Assembly (NCBI RefSeq): GCF_006345805.1
Contig: NC_042998.1
Coordinates: 203,918,001-203,982,000, forward strand
Direction: 5' to 3'
Length of the DNA: 64,000 bases
From: Octopus sinensis
Lineage: Eukaryota
Shown here: positions 27,816-41,871 of the stretch, piece by piece
Position numbering within the stretch: position 1 is the first letter of the stretch
Layout: the number at the start of each line of letters is the position of its first letter
The notes under the pieces: model-generated
The model's database searches: none
The model's input: the letters and a program-made list of their open reading frames with translations, nothing else
Told to the model about the DNA's origin: nothing
Translations under genes and position numbers: made by a program

Positions 27816-28970
27816 CCCTCGATGTTATCAATCTTTACACCAACATACCCCATGACTATGGAATAAAAGCAATTAAATTCTGGTTGGAAAAGTACCCCGA
27901 AGTACTCCTGGAACGCATAAACAAGATCTTTATCATTGTATCCTTAAAATTTATACTTCAGAACAATTATTTCCTATTTGATAAGACATACTATCGTCAG
28001 AAATGCGGAATTGCTATGGGAACGAAAGCAGCCCCTGTTCTTGTGAACCAAATAATGGGTTGTTTTGAATTCACCTTATATGAAGTATCACTTCAGAAAT
28101 ATGGTTACTCATTTTACCTCTACATAAGAGAAGATTGGAAGAGATACCTAGATGACTGCTTTATTATTTGGAAACTAACGGTTGAAAAATGTGGATGTCC
28201 AAACTGTGGAACCTGCCCCAACCTACTTGAAGGCTCGGATTTCCTTTTCAAACAAGGACAGAGGTTCACAATTAAAACTAGTTTCACTTGTGCCTCTGAG
28301 AACCTAATTTATGTAATAACCTGCTCGGTTTGCGGACACAATCATATCGAACAAACGAGTATGACCTTGAGAAAGAGAACCACTCTACATAAAGAGTAAA
28401 TCCGTTTCGCGCAATACAGGCAAATTCCTCTCAGTGAATATATAGAAAAATGTGCAGATAACATCAAGCCAAATTTTAGTCTTCCCCTTCTACCAGTGCA
28501 AAGACTCAATTTCTCCACAAGAACGTTTAAATAAATTTTTTTCGTTGAAAAATACAGAACACGTCTTAATATGCACGCATAACCAACTTTTATCTCTTTA
28601 CATATTTCAATTCACGATTACATCACTGTATATAAATCTCCTAACTAAACAAGTTTTTCGAAGCTTGTTTTTGTCTGTACATATATATTCCCCTCCCATT
28701 ACCGAAAGCTGAACAGTTATCTCCCTTACCCACAACAATAACAATAATGATAACCAATTACCTCCCCTAATTTATCTACTTGTGAAGTCATTCACTCGTG
28801 AATATCGTCACACACAACATGGACAAAATTTCTTCTTAAGAAAAATACATATTCAAATAAGTAAAACATAATATCATGAATAGCGATAGCGAAACCGGTC
28901 GATATATTAAAAATTATATTAAAACTATGTAAGTGTGCGTATTTTCTTTTTTTAATTTCTTATAATATAT
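27816..28970 (+). mobile_element. 5'-truncated, internally deleted PLE (Neptune-like): RT fragment, Cys knuckle, GIY-YIG, 3' pLTR
   Basis: DVINLYTNIP, GIAMGTKAAP, WKRYLDDCF, then CGCPNCGTC and TCASENLIYVITCSVC; flanked by (TA)n; HHR at 28871. Confidence 0.92.
28871..28905 (+). ncRNA. Minimal HHR, A3-U8 core variant, in the PLE 3' region
   Basis: AUAUC-AUGAAUA-GC(GAUA)GC-GAA-ACCGGU-C-GAUAU; perfect helix I, palindromic helix III, GUC triplet; same strand as the PLE ORF. Confidence 0.8.
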
Positions 28971-29014
28971 ACCTATATATATATATTATATATATATATA
29001 TATATATATTATAT

Positions 29015-29045
<31 letters not shown>

Positions 29046-29050
<5 letters not shown>

Positions 29051-31985
29051 GCTGGTTCACCAATTATGAAACAGAGTTCACAAAGGAACACCTTTCAAGC
29101 AACCCATATTTTAAAATATCTACTTCAACTCACACCCCTCGCCAAAAACAAAGAAAACAACCACAAAAAACACCGAACAACACCACCCCTAACATCGACA
29201 AACACAACAACAGAACTTACAGACAGCACTACAATCCCATCAAAAGAACCGAGACACCCATCATCACACAAAAACTTTACCAGACAACGTAGACCCCAAC
29301 CCACACAGAACCGTTCCAGATTCGGAGATCCTACCCATCACTTAGAAACCCATCTCTGAACTATGATTGTAGATTCCAACCCAAACCGCTCCTAACTCAG
29401 AGTTCTCCCCCAACATATAGGAATTCACTTCTAAACCATGAATATAGTTTCCAACCCACTCTAAGGAACCAACATTACAGCCAGGACAAACAACCCAAAC
29501 CCTGGAATAACAAAACTCTTCCAGGAGGCCACACCAACAACCCAGACCCTGGAACAACCAAAACCTCCTCAACAGACAACATAGCAACGGGGGACAGAAT
29601 CACAACAACCAAAACCTCTTCAACAGACATGTCAACGGGGGACAGAATCACACACAGCAAATACCGCAAATAGAAGAACCCCGGATTCCTTTTTTAGGCA
29701 AGGGCATCAGTTTCCACGACACCAGATGGTAGATACCAACCCCGAAAAACCAAAAATAGTGAATCTTTCTAACCTAAACCTGTCGACACCACAATAAAAA
29801 TCCTTTCAAGAGGACTAAAATTCACCCCAACCCGCAATACCCTAACCTGAGGGAAATACAGGATGACATCTCGCACTTTTGCAGAAATTACGCCTCACAG
29901 AGGAATTTTTTAACAGGAAAACTAATATATACGACGAATCATGGTCTGTAACAAAAGCAACTATAATCCCATAAAAGGCAAAAACAAAACCTTAGACAAA
30001 TTTTGCGATTACATCTCCAACTTCCCTTATGGTGAACTCCCACAACCTAAACTCAACCCAACACCAGTAAAAGAGAATGGGAAATCATCCATACGCTACG
30101 AGACAATCATGACGTCACAATAAAGGAAGCTGATAAGGGTAGTACGGTCGTTGTTATGAATACTGAGCAATATAAAAACTCTGTATCTCTCCTTTTAGAG
30201 GATACCACATACTATGAAAGAGTAGTCGACTACCAGCAATCCAAAACAATGACCAAACTGAAGGCACTCATTTACCACACCGGAATGACTTGACAGCAAA
30301 GGAATGCGACTACATTACTAATTTAATTGCAAAACCAGCACACTCTATGGGCTTCCAAAAATACACAAGAGTCAAATTATCACAGAAGCTTGCAAAAAGT
30401 CCACTTCAACCTGCATCACTATACCACATCCCACTGATCTCAAACTGAGACCAATAGTGGCAGGCCCAAGTTGTGAAACACACAGACTTAGCAACTTTAT
30501 AGATATCATCTTAAGCCAATACTGAAACACATTCCAAGTATTGTAAGAGATGACCTGGACCTATTAAACCATCTCCCCAAACATGCCGATAAAGACACCT
30601 TAATCGTTTCTTTTGATGTTATTAATCTTTACACCACAATCCCACATGAATATGGACTGGAAGCCATTAAATTCTGGCTGGATAAATATCCCAATGAGAT
30701 CCCGGAAAGAATTAAAAAAGAATTCATAATTGAGGGCCTCAATTTATTCTGCAAAACAACTTCATGTATTTCCACAACCACTTACAGACAGGTCTCAGAA
30801 CTGCAATGGGTACGAAAGTTGCACCTACCTATGCACAACCTGGTGATGGCCTACCTGGAATCACATATCTATGAAAAATCCAAATATAAGTACGGCCAGT
30901 CTTTCCACAAATACCTGTTGGAGAACTGGAAACGCTACTTAGATGATTGCCTCATCCTATGGTCCCACACACTCGACCAACTTATAGACTTCAAAAACCT
31001 TATCAACAGTGTAAATAACAACATTCAATTCACAATGGAATATAGTCAGGACCAACTCCCTTTCTTGACATCCTAATTATTAAAAAAGGCGTCAACATTG
31101 AAACTGACATCCATTACAAACCCACTGACTCTAAACAATACCTTCTATTCACCTCCAATCACCCAAAACACACAAAGACAAATATCCCCTTCAACCTAGC
31201 GAGAAGAATCTGCACTATTGTCTCAAATGACACAACACGAAATAGAAGACTCCGGGAACTAAGGGCAATTCTTCTCGAAGTCATTACCCGGCATCACTAG
31301 TAGACAACGGAATAGAACGGGCAAATCAATCAACATTCAAGACCTTCGAAAACCCAAACACATCCACAGTACAGTAAATAGCCTCCCCTATCTCTCAGCA
31401 CACAACCCAAGGAATGCAGAAGCTTACACTATTTATACACAACAACATTCCACAACTAAATCAAGACCCACGCCTGAAAAAAATACTGGCAGCTCATAAA
31501 ATAATAAAAGTAAGAGACAACCTAAATCCCTAAAAAACCTCCTCACCACGCAAAATTACACAACACAAACCCACCGCCCACCATCAAAAAATGTGGTCGC
31601 CCCAACTGCAAGACCTGCATCCACCTCATTGAGGGATCGTCGTACAAGTTCCACTCGGGACACACATTCATCATAAAAAATAATTTCACGTGCGCATCAA
31701 ATTTTACTCTACGTCATAAGGTGTGAAGGATGCCACGAAGACTACATAGGGCAAACGAGCCTTACCCTCAGAGAAAGAATGACAGTTCACCGACAACAAC
31801 TGAGGGACCCCTCCACAAGACAAATACCACTAAGTGGACACTTAGACCTTTGTGCACACAATAAGTCCCCCAAATTCTTAGTCTTCCCACTATACCAATG
31901 CTCGGACAACACCACAGACCAAACACGAATAAATAAGGAAAGTAATCTTATTCAAAAATACAGACCACAACTAAACATACTCTAA
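29046..31985 (+). mobile_element. Near-full-length PLE ORF (Neptune-like; RT, thumb, Cys knuckle, GIY-YIG), frameshifted
   Basis: ILSRGLKFTPT, IKEADKGSTVVVM, LYGLPKIHK, LRPIVAGP, SFDVINLYTTIP, AMGTKVAP, WKRYLDDC, YKPTDSKQYL..SNHP, CGRPNCKTC, YVIRCEGCHEDYIGQT..LRERMTVH, KYRPQLN-stop. Confidence 0.95.
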
Positions 31986-32413
31986 CATACCCCCTGGAAA
32001 CACATCCAGAGCAGGCACACAGGGACGCACGCACGCTCACAGCAAATCGTGCGGGCGGGCACATGCGCGCATCGGCACGCATAGGACATACTAGCGGGCG
32101 TTGACCGCACACATACGTGGCATGCACACGCATACATTATATATATGTAGGTGATGTATGTGTGTGAGTGTTGTGTGTGTGTGTGTGTGTGTGTGTGCAC
32201 GTTGTGTGTGTGTGTGCGCGGGTGTATATATATATGTGTGTGTGTGTGTGTGCACTGTGTGCGTGTGTGTGTATATGTGTGTGTGCGCGCGCGTTGTGTG
32301 TGTGTGTGTGCACGTGTGTATATATGTGTGTGTGTGTGCACTGTGTGCGGGTGTGTGTGTATGTGTGTGTGTGTGAGCATTGTGTACGTGTGTATGTATT
32401 TACATGTGTATTT

Positions 32414-32459
<46 letters not shown>

Positions 32460-33084
32460 TGTGTGTGTATATGCATGGTATGTATGTATATGTTAGTACT
32501 TGTTTTGTGTGTGTGTGCGGTATGTAGAGATATATTTGAGTGTGTACGCTATAGGTTTGTAATTTGTGTGTGTGGTGTGGGGGGGTGAATTTTTTTATAT
32601 ATATATGTGTGTATGTGTGTGAAAAAATATTGTATGTGCATGTATGTATGTATGTATGTGTGTATATATATATATATATGTATATATATATGTGTGTGTG
32701 TATGTGTGTGTGTGTATATTTATTTGCATGTTTATTTTTGCATTCATGCATAAAGGGGAAGTATACACCACATTGGCTACTTCTTCTTTTCTCTCAGTTC
32801 AGCCTTTCTGCTAATACCAACAGGTCAGTAAAAATATATTCTCGCCTTGAACTTAAAATATTCTGAGATGTATAAAAAATCCATTTTAATTTTTGCTGTC
32901 AAAAGGCTGTATATATATACCAAAGACTGTATATATATACATGTAATGTGACAATTTGCGACAACCAATAATTAACGCAACCAATTCCCAATAATATATT
33001 TGTTTTATCCTTTTCTGCCAAATTTTCCCAAATATTCTCATCACACTATTGAACTTCTCTGTTACCAAACACTATATTTATACA

Positions 33085-33228
33085 TGTAATGTGACAATTA
33101 TGTATAAAAAAACATTTTTGAATTCATAATATCCCATGTGACAATTATGTAAAAAACTTTTTTGAATGCATAATATTCAATGTGACAATTATGTAAAAAA
33201 CTTTTTTTGAACCCATATTATTCAATGT
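33085..33228 (+). repeat. About 45-bp minisatellite x3 upstream of an HHR
   Basis: ATGTGACAATTATGTAAAAAAC..TTTTGAA..CATA.TAT recurs. Confidence 0.75.
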
Positions 33229-33239
33229 TTCCTTAAATG

Positions 33240-33284
33240 TTACTTTTGACAATCTTTTACCAAAGAGTGAAACCGGTTAAGTAA
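33240..33284 (+). ncRNA. Minimal HHR, U3-A8 core
   Basis: UUACUU-UUGACAA-UCUUUUACCAAAGAGU-GAA-ACCGGU-U-AAGUAA; 6-bp helix I. Confidence 0.75.
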
Positions 33285-33507
33285 ATAAACATCGTTTAAA
33301 TTGCATTTTCAAACCTTTTTTCTTATATATATATATATATAACGGACTTTTTTAAAAATCCTGTTGACTAGCTTTCCTCGTTTCAGCTCTGCATATTTTC
33401 TTTAGCGAGTAAATAATATGTGGAAATTGACGATTTAAAAGTCTGTTATCAGCATATTGGCAAAGAAATAATTTTTTTTAGTACTTATTTATAAGTTATA
33501 TATATAT

Positions 33508-33977
33508 ATATGAAAGAAGGTTTGAAAATGCAATTTTAAAAGATGCTTATTCACTTGACTGGTTTCACTCTTTTAGAAAAGATAGTCAAAAGCAAAATGT
33601 AAAAGCTTTGTTGTGTTAAGTACTGGTTGTCACAAAATATTACAATACATTTATACATTCTTTGATAATAATAATAAGATGTAAACTGTTTTTAACAGCT
33701 TATTATTATCAAAGTATGTATATAAGTATTGCAACTTTTTGTGCCCAATATCTTTAATGAACTTTTTAATATTTTTCCAAGATTTTTCCTTGTAAACTGT
33801 TAACATGTTATTATTATCAAAGAATGTATATATGTATTGTAATATTTTGTGACAACCAGTACCTAACACAACAAAGCTTTTACATTTTACTTTTGACAAT
33901 CTTTTTTATAAAAAAGTGAAACCAGTCAAGTGAATAGACATCTTTAAAATTGCATTTTCAAACCTTCTTTCATATAT
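33508..33977. repeat. Inverted pLTR pair (about 170-bp arms), each with an HHR: 33551-33595 (-) and 33887-33933 (+)
   Basis: Plus copy UUACUU-UUGACAA-U-CUUUUUU(AU)AAAAAAG-U-GAA-ACCAGU-C-AAGUGA. Minus copy has core UUGACUA. Same family as 33240. Confidence 0.8.
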
Positions 33978-34029
33978 AATTCCACTCGCGCGGTACCTTA
34001 CAACTTCACTTTGTTATATATATATATAT

Positions 34030-34452
34030 ACTCTTTTGCTCTTTTACTTGTTTCAGTCATTTGACTGCGGCCATGCTGGAGCACCGCCTTTAGTCGAGCA
34101 AATCGACCCCGGGACTTATTCTTTGTAAGCCCAGTACTTATTCCATCAGTCTCTTTTGCCGAACCGCTAAGGACGGGGACGTAAACACACCAGCATCGGT
34201 TGTCAAGCAATGCTAGGGGGACAAACACAGACACACAAACACATACACACACACTTATATATATATATATATATATACATATATATTCGACAGGCTTCTT
34301 TCAGTTTCCGTCTACCAAATCCACTCACAAGGCATTGGTCGGCCCGAGGCTATAGCAGAAGACACTTGCCCAAGGTGCCACGCAGTGGGACTGAACCCGG
34401 AACCATGTGGTTGGTTAGCAAGCTACTTACCACACAGCCACTCCTGCGCCTA
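34030..34452 (-). mobile_element. Type K SINE, full length
   Basis: Head, internal microsatellite and tail all present. Confidence 0.9.
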
Positions 34453-34506
34453 TTTTACGTCTTATGATTTTACTATAGTGGTGGTAAATTATTTAATAAT
34501 TTTACC

Positions 34507-34562
<56 letters not shown>

Positions 34563-34616
34563 GGTAAAAATTATTAAATAATTTACTACCATTATAGTAA
34601 ATCATAAGACTAAAAT
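34453..34616. repeat. Inverted repeat (about 55-bp arms) centred on (TA)n
   Basis: GTCTTATGATTTTACTATAGTGGTGGTAAATTATTTAATAATTTTACCCGGA-(TA)n-TCCGGGTAAAAATTATTAAATAATTTACTACCATTATAGTAAATCATAAGAC. Confidence 0.88.
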
Positions 34617-34792
34617 ATATGATTATACAGCGTGCCTTAACACTTTTTCCGTGGTTTGGGTTGTGCCTGCCCTTTCCAGCATATAAGAAGTATTATCGAT
34701 GGTCTTCTTTTCGAATATTTATACATTCTTATTAAAATACATACACACACATACGTAGAGGCACACACACACATATATACATATATACATAT

Positions 34793-35416
<624 letters not shown>

Positions 35417-35479
35417 CGGAACAACCCGAAGAAACTGAGTTGCAATTTTCGGAAGTCTTATAAATGCAATTCAAATGAA

Positions 35480-35880
35480 AATGGTAAGCGATTTAAATGG
35501 AAGCAGAATATATTTCCATTCATATTTCTCAGAATTACTCTGACATTGTGAATGACAGTAACCCGCTATCTAGCACACGTTCTTTAAAATTAAATCCATT
35601 CCAGAGAGAGATAATATTCTATTGTAACAACATATAAACGCCAGCGCTTATAAAAGTATTTGCGGCTTTTGGGTTTGGCGGGGTTTATCTGCAATTTTTC
35701 TTTCATAAAAATTTACCGAAATAATTCCAATGTATTCCTTCGTATTATCGGATGATTTTGTACTTCGAAATTCCCAAGTTGAACGTACGATATATTCCAT
35801 CAGAAATAATAATTCACTGGATTTATTTGGGGATTCTTGAAGGCTATTTTGGAATATGTATTCTAACAGTTTTCACGAAG
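35480..35880 (-). pseudogene. Possible degraded PLE GIY-YIG fragment
   Basis: Minus-strand peptide SSDNTKEYIGIISVNFYERK resembles YIGxTxxxFKxR. Confidence 0.35.
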
Positions 35881-36228
35881 ACTCTTTTGTATTCTCTTTC
35901 CGCACTTTAATGGGGTTTCTTGGCGTTTTGCGGGGGTTTTTTTCTTTTTTTACTTTTGCTGTTCTTATATTTAAACAATAAGTTTTGCAAAATCGTTACT
36001 ATTAAGATGTATTTGTGCTCACATAAAACATACATATTCTCCATTCTTTATGCTCTATGTAATTACACACACATAAACACACACACACACACACACACAC
36101 ATAAACACACACACGCACACACACATGCACACACACACACATATATATGTATATATACGTATGTATGTGTGTGTAATTATATATATATATTTCGTCTTTT
36201 GTTGATTTTTCATGAACACTCCTATATG

Positions 36229-36260
<32 letters not shown>

Positions 36261-36552
36261 AGAAGAGAGAGAGAAGAGAGAGAAAGAGAGGGAGGGAGAG
36301 AGAGAGGGGGGGAGAGAGAGTGATGTATATATATATTGATATATATACATGTACATGTATATGTGTGTGTGTTTTATCATTCTGAATATATGTCTCTCTC
36401 CCTCTCTCTCTATCTTTCCCCCTCTCTCTCCCTCTCCCTCAGTGTGTATATATATTATATATTAGAAGAAATGAGGTAATCAGAAGATCGGATGGTTCAT
36501 GTTTATAGATATTTATATATTACATTTTTTACATGTATATATCATATCATTC

Positions 36553-36603
<51 letters not shown>

Positions 36604-36653
36604 AATATATATACATACATATATATATATACATGTATATGTATATATTATAT

Positions 36654-36772
<119 letters not shown>

Positions 36773-36830
36773 TGTATGTATGTAATATATATATATATAT
36801 ATACATATATATGTATATTATATACATATA

Positions 36831-36864
<34 letters not shown>

Positions 36865-36865
36865 T

Positions 36866-39275
36866 AGGCGCATGGCTCAGTGGTTAGAGCATTAGGCTTA
36901 TAATCATGAGATAGCGAGTACAATTCCCGGACAGGAGTCTGTGTTGTGTTCTTGAAAAAGACACTTTATTTCACGTTGCTTCACTTCACTCATCTGTAGA
37001 AATGAGCTGCGACGTCACAGGTGCCAAGCTGCATCGGCCCCTTTGCCTCGTGAAGCAGTGGGGAAGGGGAGGGGAGGGAAAACACACGTCGTAAGCGTTG
37101 CCAAGGAGACCACCGTTCTTCTCGAAGAACGACTTCATGGCTTTGAAGTCGCCATGCTCAAAGCAGAGAATGGCGAGGAAAGCCGAAGACGAATTTAGAA
37201 AATGGGGAAACACGCCACACAAAGGCAGGTTTCCGTGCAAAGAATTGGCACAACCGAATGTATTTATTGGTTGTTGCGCAATAGACGCCATTGATTGGTT
37301 GAAATTGCAGAAGAAAAACAGCAAATATCTTAGAAACTCTAGAATTTTCTGAATAAAGCCAAGAGAAAAAAATGTTTTATTTTGACAGATTCTACAAAAA
37401 TACGAAGTTTGGATTTTTTTTGAGAAGAACGGTGGTCTCCATGACAACGCTTCACAGGTGCAGGTGTGAGCCTGGACGCCGACACACGGAAAATTGGTGG
37501 TGGTGGTTGTGGAGTTGGTGGTGGTGGAGTTGGTGGTGTTGATGGTGGTGGTGGTGGTGGCGGCGGTGGTGGTGGTGGTGGTGGTGGTGGTGGTGGTGGT
37601 GGCGGTGGTGGTGGTTGGAGTTGGTGGTGTTTGAGGGTGGTGGTGGTGGTGGCGGCGGTGGGGGGGGGGGGGGGTGGTGGTGGTGGTGGTGGTGGTGGTG
37701 GCGGTGGTGGTGGTGGTGTTGATGGTGGTGGTGGTGGTGGCGGTGCTGATGGTAGTGATAGTGGTGGTGGTGGTGGTGTGGTGGTGGTGATGGTAATGGT
37801 GGTGGTGGTTGTGGTGGTTGTGGTGGTGGTGGTGGTGGTGGTGATGATGGTGGTGATGGTGGCAGTGGTGGTGGTGTGGTGGTGGTGATGGTAATGGTGG
37901 TGGTGGTTGTGGTGGTTGAGTTGGTGGTGGTGGTGGTGGTGGTGGTGGTGCTGATGGTGGTGATAGTGGTGGTGGTGGTGGTGTGGTGGTGGTGATGGTA
38001 ATGGTGGTGGTGGTTGTGGTGGTTGAGTTGGTGGTGGTGATGGTGGTGGAGTTGGTGACGGTGGTGGTGGAGTTGGTGATGGTGGTAATGATGGTGATGG
38101 TGATGGTAGTGGTGGTGATGGTGGTGGTGGTGGCGGTGGTGATGGTGGTGGTGGTGGAGTTGGTGGTGGTGGTGGTGGAGTTGGTGATGGTGGTAATGAT
38201 GGTGATGGTGATGGTAGTGGTGGTGATGGTGGTGGTGGTGATGGCGGCGATGGTGGTAGTGGTGGTGGTGGCGGCGATGGTGGTGGTGATGGTGGTGGTG
38301 ATGGTGGTAGTGGTGGTGGCGGCGATGGTGGTGGTCATGGTGGCAGTGATGGTGGTGGTGATGGTGGTGGTTGTGGTTGTGGTGGTGGTGGTGGTGGTGG
38401 TGGAGTTGGTGGTGGTGGTAATGATGGTGATGGTGATGGTAGTGGTGGTGATGGTGGTGGTGGTGATGGCGGCGATGGTGGTAGTGGTGCTGGTTGCGGC
38501 GATGGTGGTGGTGATGGTGGTGGTGATGGTGGTAGTGGTGGTGGCGGCGATGGTGGTGGTCATGGTGGCAGCGATGGTGGTGGTGATGGTGGTGGTTGTG
38601 GTGGTGGTGGTGGTGGTGGTGGTGGCGGCGATGGTGGTGGTCATGGTGGTGGTTGTGGTGGTGGTGGTGGTGGTGTTGATGGTGGTGGTGGTGATGGTGA
38701 TGGTGGTGGTGGTGGAGGTGCTGATGGTGGTGATGGTAGTGGTGGTGGTGGTGTGGTGGTGGTGATGGTGATGGTGGTGGTGGTTGTTGGTGGTGGTGGT
38801 GGTGGTGGTGGTGGTGGTGGTAGAGTTGTCAATAGAAGTGGTTGACTGTGAAGCTGTCGTTTGGGTTCTTCCAATTCTTCGTGTGTCGGCGTCCATGCTC
38901 GCACCTGCACCTGTCTTGCTCCTCCCCTTCTTTCCCTCCCTCGTGAAGCTGTGTTCTTGAAAAAGACACTTTATTTCTCGTTGCTTCACTTCACTCATCT
39001 GTAGAAATGAGCTGCGACGTCACAGGTGCCAAGCTGCATCGGCCCCTTTGCCTCGTGAAGCAGTGGGGAATAGGAGGGGAGGGAAAACACACGTCGTAAG
39101 CGTTGTCAAGGAGACCACCGTTCTTCTCGAAGAACGACTTCATGGCTTTGAAGTCGCCATGCTCAAAGCAGAGAATGGCGAGGAAAGCCGAAGACGAATT
39201 TACAAAATGGGGAAACACGCCACACAAAGGCAGGTTTCCCGTGCAAAGGATTTGCACAACCGAATGTATTTTGTA
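36866..39275. repeat. Rearranged locus: type V SINE plus about 320-bp direct repeat flanking a 1.3-kb degenerate (GGT)n array
   Basis: 36945-37265 is repeated at 38950-39270; (GGT)n spans 37495-38822; short inverted arms at 37455-37497 and 38871-38913. Confidence 0.88.
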
Positions 39276-39569
39276 TTTATTAGTTGTTGCACAACTTTTA
39301 CATAAAAAATATTATCCAAACACAAACTTTTTAAGACAATAAAAAGGCAAACTTACTACTATATAGTAGCCCTTTGGCTGCTATTTCTAAAATTTTCGGT
39401 ATGTGGTCAAGCAACTTGTTGCAAAAACCCTTATTATTATAATTATATAAGTTTTTCAGCGAATATGGTCTTCTTCCATACCGAAATACTACTAGGTGAA
39501 ATTTGTTGATTTTATTAAATTAATTATATTTCACCCTATATCTGTAATGATATATATATATATACATAT

Positions 39570-39779
39570 AGTTAATCCAAACAGGAAAGCACCACAAAAC
39601 ACAACAACGCGAGGACGTGGAGCAAATATAGTATTATTGGACGCTCAGGAAAGAAGGAAAGAAGGAGGGTCTAACGTTTCGAGCGGAGCTCTTCGTCGGA
39701 AACATAGGAGAAGGAAAGATCCAGAGAAGGGAAGACAGAGGGAAAAAATCGCCAACGGTACACCCGAGGTCACATTTTG
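39570..39779 (-). mobile_element. F1-related pLTR-like element in (TA)n
   Basis: Shares GTATTA..GACGCTCAGGAA and the HHR layout with F1. Confidence 0.7.
39669..39703 (-). ncRNA. Minimal HHR, U4C core variant
   Basis: GUUU-CCGACGA-A-GAGC(UCC)GCUC-GAA-ACGU-U-AGAC. Confidence 0.7.
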
Positions 39780-39807
39780 ATATATATATATATATATATA
39801 TACAAAC

Positions 39808-39864
<57 letters not shown>

Positions 39865-39950
39865 GAGAGAGAGATATGGAGATATATATATATATGTGTG
39901 TGTAATTAGATATATATTCATATATTCAAAGATGCGTATGAATATTAGAA

Positions 39951-40003
<53 letters not shown>

Positions 40004-40901
40004 CATACACACACACATACATATATATTATACTCACACACACATTTTTCCATGCATACATATATGTGTGTGTGTTTATGCAACTTTGTATACATGAACA
40101 ACTGACGTAAGCTGCATGTAATATGAAAGCCTGCACATGCTCCCCCCGCTATATATACACACATACGCACACCCCCCACATATATGTATACACACACACA
40201 CACAAAATTCAACCATCCGTAAACACATAAGGAATAATCCCAATCTAGTCCTTTCCCTCTAGGGAAAGAAGGCGCATGTGTAGGTTGCAATGTCTTCTCT
40301 TCACTCCCAAATAACTATGAAACAGCTATCGATAATTCAACCCACCATTGCGTCCCCTAGACAGTCTGTGGTTTGTGTTTAATACACAAATCGTTTGCTA
40401 TGTGTGCCACATATGATTTAATTAACTGATTTTTTTCCAGTATAAAGTATCATATTGGAATAAAAAGGGCCCTAGCTCCTTGGCCCAGACATGATACTCG
40501 CTGTGAATTTTTAAAAAAATTCCTGCCAATTTGTGAAAGATATTGTCGAAAATATGTCATCTTGAATTTGAACGCGATTTCCCAAAATGGCAAGATTTTA
40601 TCGAATTTTTCTGATGGTAAGGTATTGCATGGAAAACTAACGGCAGAATTAAGTTTCTTAGGTTAACATTAAGCTTCACCATGAGTTTGGTGAAAATCGA
40701 TTGCAAGTTGCGAAAACTACAACAGAAAATGTGTTGCATATAAAAAGCTTAGATTCTCGACCCCATGTCGAATTTATCGATTTTTTCAGAACTGGGGAAA
40801 CTTTTCAAAATTTTCGCTGCGTTAGTTTTGAATTATGACATTGGGCTATGTGTTTGTCAAGTTTCATCAGAATCGAGTCCAACAATGCTGGTACTATATA
40901 T

Positions 40902-41300
40902 ACTCTTACTCTTTTACTCTCTTTTACTTGTTTCAGTCATGTGACTGCGGCCATGCTGGAGCACCGCCTTTAGTCGAGCAACTCGACCCTGGGACTTATT
41001 CTTTTGTAAGCCCAGTACTTATTCTATCGGTCTCTGTTGCCAAACTGCTAAGTAACGGGGGACATAAACACACCAGCATCGTTGTCAAGCACAGACGCAC
41101 AAACAAACACACGCATATTTATATATACACATATATACGACGGGCTTCTTTCAGTTTCCGTCTACCAAATCCACTCACAAGGCTTTGGTCGGCCCAAGAC
41201 TATTGTAGAAGACACTTGCCCAAGGTGCCACGCAGTGGGACTGAACCCGGAACCATGTGGTTGGTAAGCAAGCTACTTACCACACAGCTACTCCTACGCC
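40902..41300 (-). mobile_element. Type K SINE
   Basis: Same as 22525 and 34030. Confidence 0.88.
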
Positions 41301-41302
41301 TT

Positions 41303-41339
<37 letters not shown>

Positions 41340-41813
41340 ATATATATATTGTATAATTAGGGCTTAGTAAAATAAATTACTTTGCCACATACTGAACTTT
41401 CTAGAAATAGCAGCCAAAAATTTTTTTAGCCATTTCCACCACTTTAAGAAAATTTCTCGCAGATAATGTTTACTCAAATATAACACACGAAGATATGGAG
41501 GTAAAAACAGTAAAATATCACAAGTACAAAGATCATTTGAGAACGTCAACGTTTCTAGATTAGCCAAATAAAACTCAGCATTTCCTTCGTCAGCTCAACA
41601 TTTCTTAATTTTGGATTTGAAAGCACTAAAAGAATGAACATACCCCTCAGACGAACACGCTCAGTCTGCCAGTACTAGCAAATTCAAAATGTACGAGAGA
41701 AGATTCATGTTCTCTCCCCTTCCACCCACGTGAGTTATCTAGTAAACATATATTTTAACGGTGAGAACCGAAGCAATAGGACAGAGAGAAAGGAATTATG
41801 TATATAATATATA

Positions 41814-41871
<58 letters not shown>

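Noticed and set aside
36986-38998. 670-aa Thr/His/Pro-rich ORF (mucin-like)
   Set aside because: It is open only because (ACC)n lacks stops; both ends lie in SINE or duplicated repeat sequence.
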